A stretch of DNA of 64,000 nt from Chloroflexota bacterium (GTDB lineage: Bacteria > Chloroflexota > Limnocylindria > P2-11E), in contig JBBPIQ010000002.1 in NCBI GenBank assembly GCA_038040345.1, positions 189,747 to 253,746 of the forward strand, in the 5' to 3' direction. The notes under the pieces are model-generated. The model did not search any database. It had not been told where the DNA came from and saw only the letters and a list, made by a program, of their open reading frames with translations. Shown one piece after another: positions 31,435 to 40,326 of this stretch; position 1 is the first letter of the stretch; the number at the start of each line of letters is the position of its first letter. The position numbers and the translations under genes were made by a program.

Positions 31435-32343
31435 CTAGGGAGCCGTGCCCTCCTGCGCCTGGAAGCGGTCCGATAGCGTCGCGGCCTCGTCGAGACGGTC
31501 ATTCCAGCGATTGTCGAGCGCCTCGAACGCGTTCGCGGGCGACGTAGCGGACAGAAGCGAGTAGTCGCGGGCGATCGCCGCGGCATCGCGGAAGTTCTTC
31601 GCCATGGCCGCGCGGTACCACTCCAGTCTCGTCGGCGCGGTCGAGTTCGCGACGGCGTCAGCGATGCCCGCATACACGACCGACGCGTTCGCCATGTCGG
31701 CGCTGTCTGTCGCATCCCACGGGCCGGGCCGGCTCGCGACGCCGTTCACGAGCGCGCTGGCTTTGGCGACGTCGAGACTGGTGGCGTCGATCATCGTGTT
31801 CCACTTGTCGCGATCGGCCGCTGCTTGTGCGGCTTGCGACTCGCCCAGACCGACGAAGCCGGCGGAGAGGACGCCCACCGCGATGAGGCCGCCGAGCACC
31901 GCGAGATGCGTCGCCTGACGCGCTCCGCTCGGCACCGTGAGATATCTGAGCAGGCCGCGCACGAGCTGGAAGCCGCCGAAAAGCAGCGGCCCCCAGGCCA
32001 GGAAATACGTGCCGTGCGAGAACGCGTAGGTCACGGCGGTGACGAGCGCGCCGCCGGCGAACCAGAGACCACCCCGCCGGGCGTAGCGGAACGCCGCACC
32101 CGCGTCATCAGCGGCGTCGGCAACGTTGTTCTGCGCCGCCGCCGCAAGCGCCTCGTCGTACGCGGAGCGCTTCGTGGGATCGACGAGGGTCGCGAAGGCC
32201 GCGTCGAGCGCCGCGCGAAACTGCGCGACCTTGCTGTCCGACGCCTGCTCCTGGAGACGAAGCACGTCGCGGCCGTACGCCGAGCGGATCTCCAATTCGC
32301 TCGCGTGGGGCGGAACTCCCAGGAGCTCGTAGTAGCTGTTCAC
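31435..32343 (-). CDS. J-domain-like membrane protein lacking HPD
   Basis: SYYELLGVPPHASELEIRSAY...KRSAYDE matches a J domain except the HPD tripeptide is replaced (LRLQEQ); followed by TM helices. Confidence 0.5.
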   Translation of the reverse strand: MNSYYELLGVPPHASELEIRSAYGRDVLRLQEQASDSKVAQFRAALDAAFATLVDPTKRSAYDEALAAAAQNNVADAADDAGAAFRYARRGGLWFAGGALVTAVTYAFSHGTYFLAWGPLLFGGFQLVRGLLRYLTVPSGARQATHLAVLGGLIAVGVLSAGFVGLGESQAAQAAADRDKWNTMIDATSLDVAKASALVNGVASRPGPWDATDSADMANASVVYAGIADAVANSTAPTRLEWYRAAMAKNFRDAAAIARDYSLLSATSPANAFEALDNRWNDRLDEAATLSDRFQAQEGTAP

Positions 32344-32366
32344 CGCGCGCGATCGTGACAGTCACG

Positions 32367-33179
32367 TCAGCGCGCCGGAAGGCGAACCGTCCCGGATGAG
32401 ACCTCCACGAGACCCTCGCGCGCGAGTACCCGAACGAGGCGCGGTACTCGCGCGTCGTTGATACCCCTTCGAAGCGCCTCGACCTTCACACCGCGAGTTG
32501 ACATTGCGAGCTGGCGCACGATCGCGCCGCGCACGCGGCGATCGCTCGCTCCGAACGGCGATTGCCTTCGCTGCGATGGTTCATCGATGCCGTCGTAATC
32601 GCAGATCGTCCGGATCGGACAAACCTCGCAATGCGGGCGCTTCGCGAGGCAGATCGTCGCGCCGATGTCCATGAGCGCGTGATGCCATCGCGCCGGCTCG
32701 CGCTTGGAGCCGAAGCGCGCGTCGAGTTCGACGCCTTCGCGATCGGTGGCGAGACGACCAAGGATCGCGCGGCCGAGCACGCGGCGGATGTTCGTATCGG
32801 CGAACGCCGTCGGCTCGTCAAGGGCGAAGCACGCCACCGCCGACGACGTGTACGCGCCGATGCCCGGGAGCGCGTCGAGGCCCGCGACCGTGCGCGGGAG
32901 CGACGAGCCCATCCGTGCGATGCGGTGCAGGTCTCGCGCGCGCCGGTTGTACCCGAGGCCCGACCACTCGCGCAGCACCTCACCGAGCGGCGCGCGCGAG
33001 AGCGCGCGAAGCGTCGGGAACCGCCGCAGGAAACGTCGATACGCGGGAAGGACACGCGAGACCTGCGTCTGTTGGAGCATCACTTCGCTCACCAGGACGC
33101 GGTATGGGTCGCGCGTGCGGCGCCACGGAAGGTCGCGGCCGGAGCGGCGGTACCAGGAGAGGACGCGGCTGCGGAACAT
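32367..33179 (-). CDS. mutY: A/G-specific adenine glycosylase-like (MutY/Nth HhH-GPD family), short form
   Basis: LSWYRRSGRDLPWRRTRDPYRVLVSEVMLQQTQV; HhH; Fe-S cluster CLAKRPHCEVCPIRTIC; start taken at MFRSRV. Confidence 0.7.
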   Translation of the reverse strand: MFRSRVLSWYRRSGRDLPWRRTRDPYRVLVSEVMLQQTQVSRVLPAYRRFLRRFPTLRALSRAPLGEVLREWSGLGYNRRARDLHRIARMGSSLPRTVAGLDALPGIGAYTSSAVACFALDEPTAFADTNIRRVLGRAILGRLATDREGVELDARFGSKREPARWHHALMDIGATICLAKRPHCEVCPIRTICDYDGIDEPSQRRQSPFGASDRRVRGAIVRQLAMSTRGVKVEALRRGINDARVPRLVRVLAREGLVEVSSGTVRLPAR

Positions 33180-33321
33180 CGCCGGAGAGGCCGGTGTGTC
33201 GTACAATTCCGGCACAGAAGAGTACGCCGGGTTGAGTGCTGAGGGCCTTCGGCCTTCAGCGCTTTTCATTACAAGGAACCGCACGGTGCAGAAGCCGTGC
33301 GCAGAGAGAGCGGAGGCTCCG

Positions 33322-33792
33322 ATGAACAATCTTGAGAAGCCTGTCTACGTCTCCGCGGATGGTCTGAAGAAGATCCAATCCGAGCTCGACGATCTGAAGG
33401 CCGCGGGCCGTCAGCGCGTGGCCGAGCGCATTCACGCCGCGATGGAGTTCGGGGACTTCAGCGAGAACTCCGAGCTCGAGCAGGCGAAGAACGATCAAGC
33501 GTTCCTCGAGGGACGGATCATGACGCTCGAGCAGCAGGTGAAGAACGCGCAGATCATCGACCAGAAGACGCACCACGATAAAGTCGAGATCGGCAGCCAC
33601 ATCGTCGTAGAGGCGCAAGGCTCGAAGGAGCAGTACGTCATCGTCGGCTCGGCCGAGGCCGCGCCCGCCGAAGGACGTATCTCGAACGAATCTCCGGTCG
33701 GCAAAGCATTGATGGGACACCGCGCGGGGGAGACGGTCCGGCTGGTCGTTCCGGCCGGCGCGGTGGAGATGAAGATCCTCACCGTCCGTTGA
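33322..33792 (+). CDS. greA: transcription elongation factor GreA
   Basis: MNNLEKPVYVSADGLKKIQSELDDLK...; the ORF-track 32704 start is an upstream extension. Confidence 0.85.
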   Translation: MNNLEKPVYVSADGLKKIQSELDDLKAAGRQRVAERIHAAMEFGDFSENSELEQAKNDQAFLEGRIMTLEQQVKNAQIIDQKTHHDKVEIGSHIVVEAQGSKEQYVIVGSAEAAPAEGRISNESPVGKALMGHRAGETVRLVVPAGAVEMKILTVR

Positions 33793-35378
33793 GCTCCGGG
33801 CACGAGGCGGCCTTCTGGGCCGACGAAGAGGTGGGACGCCTCGCACCCGGCCGGCCGCACGTCGTGCGCGATTCGAAAACTCCCTCGGGGCCCGTGCCGA
33901 TATCTGGCCTGCGCGGTCCGATCATCAGTGACGCGCTCTTTCGCACCTTCAAGTCGCACGCTCTCGACGTGCGCTTCGTCTACACGATCGACGACTACGA
34001 CCCCATGGACTCGCAGTCGATGAAGGAACGCGCCGGCATGGCGGAGCACATGGGCAAGCCGCTCTGCATGATCCCGAGCCCCGATCCTTCCGTCGGAACG
34101 GACTTCGCCGACTATCACGCGACCCGCTTCGTCGCGCTCTTCGCGGGCCTCGGGATCACGCCCGAATTCCACCGGATGCGCGATCTCTATCGGACGGGCG
34201 AGCTCGATCGGCAGATCGATCTCGTGCTGCGCAATGCCGAGACGATCCGTCAGGTCCACAAGCGCATCGCGAACGTCGACCACCCCGAGGGCTGGCTCCC
34301 CGTCGCGGTGATCTGCGAGAACTGTGGACGAATCGGCACGACGCTTGCGACCGACTACGACGGAAAGACCGTCGCTTACGAATGCAAGCGCGACTACGTG
34401 GAGTGGGCCCAAGGATGCGGGCACAAAGGGCGCATCTCTCCGTTCAAGGGAAACGCGAAGCTTCTGTGGAACGAGCAGTGGTGCGCGCAATGGGATCACT
34501 TCAACGTCACGTATGAGGAAGGCGGCAAGGATCTGCTGACCGCGGGCGGATCTCGCGAGCGCTCGAACGAGATCTACCGGGAGGTCTTCAAGAAGGAGCC
34601 TCCGCCTGGCTTGCAGCATGAGTTTTTTCTTCTCGGCGGCAAGAAGATGGCGAGCTCGAAAGGCATCGGCGCCGAGGCGCACGAGATCGTGGCGATCTAT
34701 CCGCCAGAGATCGTTCGCTTTCTGATGCTGCGGACGCCTCCAAAGCGCCACCTCGAGTTCGATCCGGCCGGCATGACCCTGCCCCGTCTGATGGATGAGT
34801 ACGACCGCGCCGCGGACGCGTACCGCGAGGACCCCGAGAGCGATCTCGCAAAGACCTGGCGTCTCTCGCAGGTCTCGCCGACGCCGGCCGCGCCCGGCTT
34901 CCGCGTGCGCTTCACGACTATCGCGGCTTGGCTGCAGATCCCGAGCATCAAGCCCGACGCCGAGGCCGAGAAAGAGAAGGGTGCGCTCCTGACCGACGCG
35001 GAGCTCCGGGAGCTGCACCGGCGTCTCGAGCTCGCCCGCGCCTGGCTCGAGCGATGGGCTCCCGACGAGGCGAAGTTCCAGGTGCAGGAGACGACCCCGC
35101 CGGTGGAACTCACGCCGGAGCAGCGCCGCTACCTGATTGAGATCAAGTCACTGATCGGCACGGTCCACGATGCGGCTGAGATGCAGAACCGGCTCTACGA
35201 GGTCGCGAAGAAGGTCGGCCTCGTGAAGGCGGACGGCAAGCCCTCTCAGGACGCGTTCGCGGCGATCTACCTCGCCTTTCTCGGCAAGCCGAACGGACCG
35301 CGAGCGGGGTGGCTGCTCCTCTCGATAGACCCCGACCGCGTGCGCCGCCGCCTCGACGACCTGGGTCGTGCCGCGTGA
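33789..35378 (+). CDS. lysK: class I lysyl-tRNA synthetase-like protein
   Basis: TTG start overlapping greA stop; TPSG...IDDYD and KMASSKG motifs; the expected HxGN signature reads PISG. Confidence 0.75.
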   Translation: MSSGHEAAFWADEEVGRLAPGRPHVVRDSKTPSGPVPISGLRGPIISDALFRTFKSHALDVRFVYTIDDYDPMDSQSMKERAGMAEHMGKPLCMIPSPDPSVGTDFADYHATRFVALFAGLGITPEFHRMRDLYRTGELDRQIDLVLRNAETIRQVHKRIANVDHPEGWLPVAVICENCGRIGTTLATDYDGKTVAYECKRDYVEWAQGCGHKGRISPFKGNAKLLWNEQWCAQWDHFNVTYEEGGKDLLTAGGSRERSNEIYREVFKKEPPPGLQHEFFLLGGKKMASSKGIGAEAHEIVAIYPPEIVRFLMLRTPPKRHLEFDPAGMTLPRLMDEYDRAADAYREDPESDLAKTWRLSQVSPTPAAPGFRVRFTTIAAWLQIPSIKPDAEAEKEKGALLTDAELRELHRRLELARAWLERWAPDEAKFQVQETTPPVELTPEQRRYLIEIKSLIGTVHDAAEMQNRLYEVAKKVGLVKADGKPSQDAFAAIYLAFLGKPNGPRAGWLLLSIDPDRVRRRLDDLGRAA

Positions 35379-37054
35379 ACGGCAAGCTTCCCGTCGCGAT
35401 CCTCTGGCACATGCACCAGCCCTACTACAAGCACCCGCAGACGAGCGAGTTCGTCCTGCCGTGGGTGCGCCTGCACGCGTCGAAGGACTACCTGCACATG
35501 GCGCGGCTGCTTCAGGAGTTCCCACGCGTGAAGGTGAACTTCACGATGGTGCCGAGCCTCCGCGATCAGCTCGAGGATTACGCGCGCGGCGCCGACGACG
35601 AGGACACGCGACTCACGATGCGCACGGTCGATGGCGTGCTCGCGGATGAGGAGCGCGCGCACATCCTGCGGCGGTTCTTCTCCATCCACCACGGCAACGT
35701 CATCCACCGCTATCAGGAGTACCGTCGGCTTCTGCAGCTGGCGATGGTGACCGGCGACCGACACGAGCTGCTCTCGGACGATTACTTCGTCGATCTCGCG
35801 CTCTGGTTCAACCTCGCGTGGATCGATCCTGACGACATCCGCGCCGATCAGCGTCTCGTCGAGCTCGCCGATAAAGGCGCGCGGTTCACGCGCGAGGACG
35901 TGCGCTACGTCATCGGGCGCCAGCGCTTCATGGCGTCAGGCGTACCGCACCTCTATCACCGGCTCGAGCGCGACGGCCAGGTCGAGATCCTTACCACGCC
36001 CTACTACCACCCGATCCTCCCGCTGATCATCGACGACCGATCGGCGTTGCGGTCCGATCCGTCCGCGCAGCTTTCCGAGACGCCGTTCAGGTATCCGGAT
36101 GACGCCGCGTTCCAGCTCGAGGAGGCGGTCGCGTCACACGAGCGCGCGTTCGGGCAGAAGCCCCGCGGCGTGTGGCCGTCGGAAGGCGCCGTCTCGCCGG
36201 AAGCCGCCGACGCGATCCGCAAGGCCGGGCTCTCGTGGTTCGCGTCGGATGAAGGTGTGCTCGCGCGATCGGTCGACGTCGAGCTGCGGCGCGACGAGGT
36301 CGGTGCGCTCCTCGAGCCCGCGCTTTTGTACCGCCCGTATCGGCTCGCGAACGGCGCGACGGTCATCTTCCGCGATCGCGAGCTCAGCGACCACATCGGC
36401 TTCGTGTACGGCGACATGAAGCCCGAGGACGCGGTCCGCGACATGATCGCGAAGCTCGAGCGCGCGCGTGACCGCCTGCCGAACGAGGGCGGGCCCTATA
36501 TCGCGTCGATCATCCTCGACGGCGAGAACGCCTGGGAGCAGTACCCCAACAACGGCAACGACTTCCTCCGCGCGCTGTACGGCAAGCTCGAGGCGGACGA
36601 TCGTTTCGAAACAGTGCGCATCTCCGACTTCTTGGAGAAATCGCCGGCAACGGTCGAGCTTCCGCGGCTCCACACCGGGTCGTGGATCGAGGCAAACCTT
36701 CGCGTGTGGACCGGCGAGCCCGCGCACGCTCGCGCGTGGAGCGCGCTCGAGCGCACGCGCCGCTTCGCGCAGGAGCAGTGGGGCTCGCTCCGCTTCATGC
36801 CCAAGAGCGTCCGGCAGCCGCTGATGGTCGCCGAAGGCAGCGACTGGTTCTGGTGGTACTCGAGCCGCAACTCGTCGCCGGAGGACGGGGTCTTCGACGC
36901 GCTATTCCGCGCGAACCTCGAGGTCGTGTGGTGGTTCGCGGGTGCGGAGCCGCCGGACGACCTCCGAAGCCCGCTCATGGATCCCCAACGCTTTGCCGCA
37001 CCGACTAACCGCATCGGTGCGATGCTTCCAGGCTCAGGTGAGCGATACGGCTAG
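35375..37054 (+). CDS. glycoside hydrolase family 57 protein (alpha-glucan branching/amylase-like)
   Basis: GTG start overlapping lysK stop; PVAILWHMHQPYYK...ASDEGV...ILDGENAWE. Confidence 0.8.
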   Translation: MNGKLPVAILWHMHQPYYKHPQTSEFVLPWVRLHASKDYLHMARLLQEFPRVKVNFTMVPSLRDQLEDYARGADDEDTRLTMRTVDGVLADEERAHILRRFFSIHHGNVIHRYQEYRRLLQLAMVTGDRHELLSDDYFVDLALWFNLAWIDPDDIRADQRLVELADKGARFTREDVRYVIGRQRFMASGVPHLYHRLERDGQVEILTTPYYHPILPLIIDDRSALRSDPSAQLSETPFRYPDDAAFQLEEAVASHERAFGQKPRGVWPSEGAVSPEAADAIRKAGLSWFASDEGVLARSVDVELRRDEVGALLEPALLYRPYRLANGATVIFRDRELSDHIGFVYGDMKPEDAVRDMIAKLERARDRLPNEGGPYIASIILDGENAWEQYPNNGNDFLRALYGKLEADDRFETVRISDFLEKSPATVELPRLHTGSWIEANLRVWTGEPAHARAWSALERTRRFAQEQWGSLRFMPKSVRQPLMVAEGSDWFWWYSSRNSSPEDGVFDALFRANLEVVWWFAGAEPPDDLRSPLMDPQRFAAPTNRIGAMLPGSGERYG

Positions 37055-37784
37055 CTCCGGGCGGATCCTCCCCGGCGGTCTCGGGTACCTCCGGCCGCCG
37101 GCCGAGATCGAGCTGAGCGCGTACGGCCTCGACCTCCGCGGCCTGCGCGTTGCCGACATCGGCTCCGGCGAGGGACGGCTCGCGCTCGGCGCCGCTCGCG
37201 ACGCGGCCTCTGTGCTCGCCGTCGACCCAGATCGCGGCGCGCTCGCGCGTGGGCGGGCCGAGGCCAAGCGGCAGGGCGTTTCAAATGTGACGTTTCGCGA
37301 GGGAGCCGCGCAGTCGCTTCGACTGCCGGACGCATCGTTCGACGTGGTGATCTTCTCGTGGACGCTCTGATGAGTTGCGCGCAAGGGCATGGTCGATGCC
37401 CTCCAGGAGACCCACCGGATCCTCGTCGAACGAGGCGTCTTCGTCGACGCGCGTCCTGATTCGCGCGTCGCGGTGCGGGTGCACGCCGGGAGCGCCCGCG
37501 GCCGCGTGATCGGGACCATCGGCACGCAGCGCCTCGCGAAGACCGACGATCAGCTGTCAGACAGAGCGGTCCGCGATGTCCTCCGCCGAAAGCTCTTCCG
37601 ATCGCGGCGGCGCGGCCGGCTCTTGCACGCGATCCCGTTCGAGGATTCCGACGAGCTCAACGACTACCTGAAGGACCACCTGCGCCTCTCGAAACGTGTC
37701 CGGTGGCTGGCGCCCGCGGCGCGCCGCGCGACGCCGCTCTTCGTCGAGCGCGCGGTGCGGTTCGAAATACTGGAGAAGCTCTAG
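37038..37784 (+). pseudogene. class I SAM-dependent methyltransferase interrupted by in-frame tandem TGA-TGA
   Basis: motif I VADIGSGEG, then FDVVIFSWTL, TGA TGA at 37368-37373, then the same frame continues VARKGMVDALQETHRILVERGVFV. Confidence 0.55.
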
Positions 37785-39034
37785 CTCGACGTGAGGGCGA
37801 ACGCCGTCTCCCAGATAGCCTCGTAGCCGTCGAGCACGCGCGGCCATGCGAACCGTTTCGCGGTCGCCTTGCCGTCGGCGCGGATCGTGCGCACCACCTC
37901 GGGGCGAGTGCCAAGGGTCGCGTACGTCGCGAGCAGCTCGCGCGGGTCGTCGCTCTGCATGACCACCGCGTTGCCGAACGGGACCGCGTAGTCCTCGCCG
38001 GTCCGGCCAACGTACGCGACGCCGCCGGAGGCCATGACCTCCAGACCGACGAGGCCGAATGGTTCCTTCTCGGAGTTCGCGAGAACGCCATCCGCGGCCT
38101 GGTACATCGCGCGGAGACTGCGCTCGGGGATGAAGTAGTCGAGAAAGAGCACGTCGGCCGAGCTCGCCGCGACCGCGGCGGCGAGGTCCTTCGTCACCCC
38201 CTCTGCCGGGAGGGCGATGCGCTCGATCGAGAGCCCGCGCGCGCGGATGCGCGCGCCGACGATGTCCGCGTACGGGCTGCGGCTTCCGCGCATGAGCAGC
38301 CGCGGCCGCGCGCCGGTGTCGCGCATGAAGGCGATCGCGTCGATCGCCCAGAGCCAGCGCTTGTCGGGATCGAAGCGCGCGACCTTCACGAACGTCGGAC
38401 GGTCGCCGAACGCCTCGCGCAGCGGGCGAGCCTCGGTCGGTGGAAGCGGCTTGAGCCAGCGCTCGGCGATGCCGTTCGGCAGCACGGCGGCGTCCACGTC
38501 GAGGGCCGACATCTCGGCGCGCATGAAGCGCGAGACCGTCGTTATCGAAGCGGCGCGGCGGAGCAGTGGGAATTCGATGCTGCCGAATCCGTAGGTGTTG
38601 TTCGCGTTCCAGAGGATCGCGGCCGCGCCCGGCATGCGAACGTTGAGGATCGCGGCGGTCCCGATCGCGGCGTTGGCGGTCTGCCAGTCCTCGAAGAGGA
38701 GCACGGTGCGCCGTCCTTCCGAGGCGGACGCGGCGACGAGGTCCGCCAGGTGCGGCGGAACCGTGCGCGAGAAGTCGCGCCACTTCCCGTCCTCGCCGTC
38801 ATACACGTCGCGCGGGTGATAGCCGCTGATCCACTGGGACCACCGCTCGAGAACGAGGCGCCCCTCGTCGCGTTCCTCGCGGGCCGGCAAAGTCGGATCG
38901 CCGACGAATAGCTGATGCACGAGGTACCCGCGATGCACGAGAGCCTCGGCAAGATCGATCATGCGCGTGGCGAGGCCGCCGACGAACGAATAGCGGTCGG
39001 GTCCTTCGAAGGCGACGAGCACCACGTCGTACAC
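37781..39034 (-). CDS. GT4 family glycosyltransferase
   Basis: EKEPFGLVGLEVMASGGVAY GT4 C-terminal motif; likely GTG start at 39034 (track start 39124). Confidence 0.75.
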   Translation of the reverse strand: MYDVVLVAFEGPDRYSFVGGLATRMIDLAEALVHRGYLVHQLFVGDPTLPAREERDEGRLVLERWSQWISGYHPRDVYDGEDGKWRDFSRTVPPHLADLVAASASEGRRTVLLFEDWQTANAAIGTAAILNVRMPGAAAILWNANNTYGFGSIEFPLLRRAASITTVSRFMRAEMSALDVDAAVLPNGIAERWLKPLPPTEARPLREAFGDRPTFVKVARFDPDKRWLWAIDAIAFMRDTGARPRLLMRGSRSPYADIVGARIRARGLSIERIALPAEGVTKDLAAAVAASSADVLFLDYFIPERSLRAMYQAADGVLANSEKEPFGLVGLEVMASGGVAYVGRTGEDYAVPFGNAVVMQSDDPRELLATYATLGTRPEVVRTIRADGKATAKRFAWPRVLDGYEAIWETAFALTSS

Positions 39035-39063
39035 GGGAGAGCACGGATAATGGCACGCGCTCC

Positions 39064-40326
39064 ATGACGCCTCTCCAGCGCATCCGCGAGGACCCCGAGG
39101 AAGTGCGCGACATGCTCGTCGCACGCGGCTTCGACGCGCCCCTAGACCGGATCCTCGAGCTCGACCGAAAGGCGCGCGATCTCCGGGCCCAGGTGGAGTC
39201 GCTCAACGCCGAGCGGAACAAGGCGAGCCGCGGCGGGCCGCCCAGCGACGAGGTCAAAGCCCGGATGCGCAAGGTGGGGGAGGAGATCAAGTCGCTCCAG
39301 GCCGAGCTCACCGCCCTCGAGGCCGAGCGCGACGAGAAGCTCCTGTGGATACCGAACGAGATCGACCAGCGCGTCCCGCGCGGCAAGGACGAGCACGACA
39401 ACAAGGTCGTCCGCCAGGACAAGCCGAAATCGCTCGAGCTCGCTCCGCGGCCGCACTGGGAGTTCGGCGAGTCGCTCGGGATCCTCGACATCCCGCGGGG
39501 GACGAAGCTTTCGGGCTCGCGCTTCTACGTGCTGCGCGGCGCCGGCGCGGCTCTGCAGCGCGCGCTCATCGCGTGGATGATCGATCTCAAGATCGCCGCC
39601 GGCTTCACCGAGATCTACCCCCCGTTCGTCACACGGCGCGAGACGCTCATCGGGAGCGCGCACCTTCCGCACTTCGACGAAAACCTCTACCGCGACGAGG
39701 ACGACGACGTGTGGCTCGTTCCCACCGCGGAGCCGCAGCTCGTGGGGCTGCATCGCGACGAGACGCTGGACGCGGCGACCTTGCCGCGGCGCTACGTCGC
39801 GTACACCGCGTGCTTCCGCCGCGAGCACATGAGTGCGGGCCGCGATGTCCGCGGGATCAAGCGCGGGCACCAATTCGACAAGGTCGAGATGGTGGTGCAC
39901 TGCGCGCCCGACGAATCGCCTGAATGGCTCGACAAGATGACCGCGCTCGCTGTCGAGGTGCTCGAGAAGCTCGAGCTGCCGGTGCGCGTGACGGAACGGT
40001 GCACCGGCGATCTCGGATTCACGGCGCTGCGCGGTTTCGACGTGGACGCGTGGGGCCCGGCCGCGAACGAATGGCTCGAGGTCTCATCGGCGTCGAACTG
40101 CGGCTCGTTCCAGTCCGAGCGCTCGAACATCCGCTTCCGCCGCGAGGCCGGCGGGAAGCTCGAGCACGTTCACATCCTCAACGCGTCGGGCCTCGCCCTG
40201 CCTCGACTGATGATCGCGATCATGGAGAACTACCAGCGCCCGGACGGTTCGCTCGAGATCCCGAAACCGGTTCGTTCCTATATGGGGGGCCGCGAGAAGA
40301 TCGCGCCGGGAGAGTTCTCCCTCTAA
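39064..40326 (+). CDS. serS: seryl-tRNA synthetase
   Basis: N-terminal coiled coil; class II motifs (FRRE, GLALPR). Confidence 0.9.
   Translation: MTPLQRIREDPEEVRDMLVARGFDAPLDRILELDRKARDLRAQVESLNAERNKASRGGPPSDEVKARMRKVGEEIKSLQAELTALEAERDEKLLWIPNEIDQRVPRGKDEHDNKVVRQDKPKSLELAPRPHWEFGESLGILDIPRGTKLSGSRFYVLRGAGAALQRALIAWMIDLKIAAGFTEIYPPFVTRRETLIGSAHLPHFDENLYRDEDDDVWLVPTAEPQLVGLHRDETLDAATLPRRYVAYTACFRREHMSAGRDVRGIKRGHQFDKVEMVVHCAPDESPEWLDKMTALAVEVLEKLELPVRVTERCTGDLGFTALRGFDVDAWGPAANEWLEVSSASNCGSFQSERSNIRFRREAGGKLEHVHILNASGLALPRLMIAIMENYQRPDGSLEIPKPVRSYMGGREKIAPGEFSL

Noticed and set aside
37366-37373. Alternative genetic code or selenocysteine recoding to explain TGA-TGA in the methyltransferase
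   Set aside because: TGA terminates many well-supported genes in this window (M16 peptidase, pxpA, pxpB, argC, argB, argG, lysK) and no SECIS-like context was evident.
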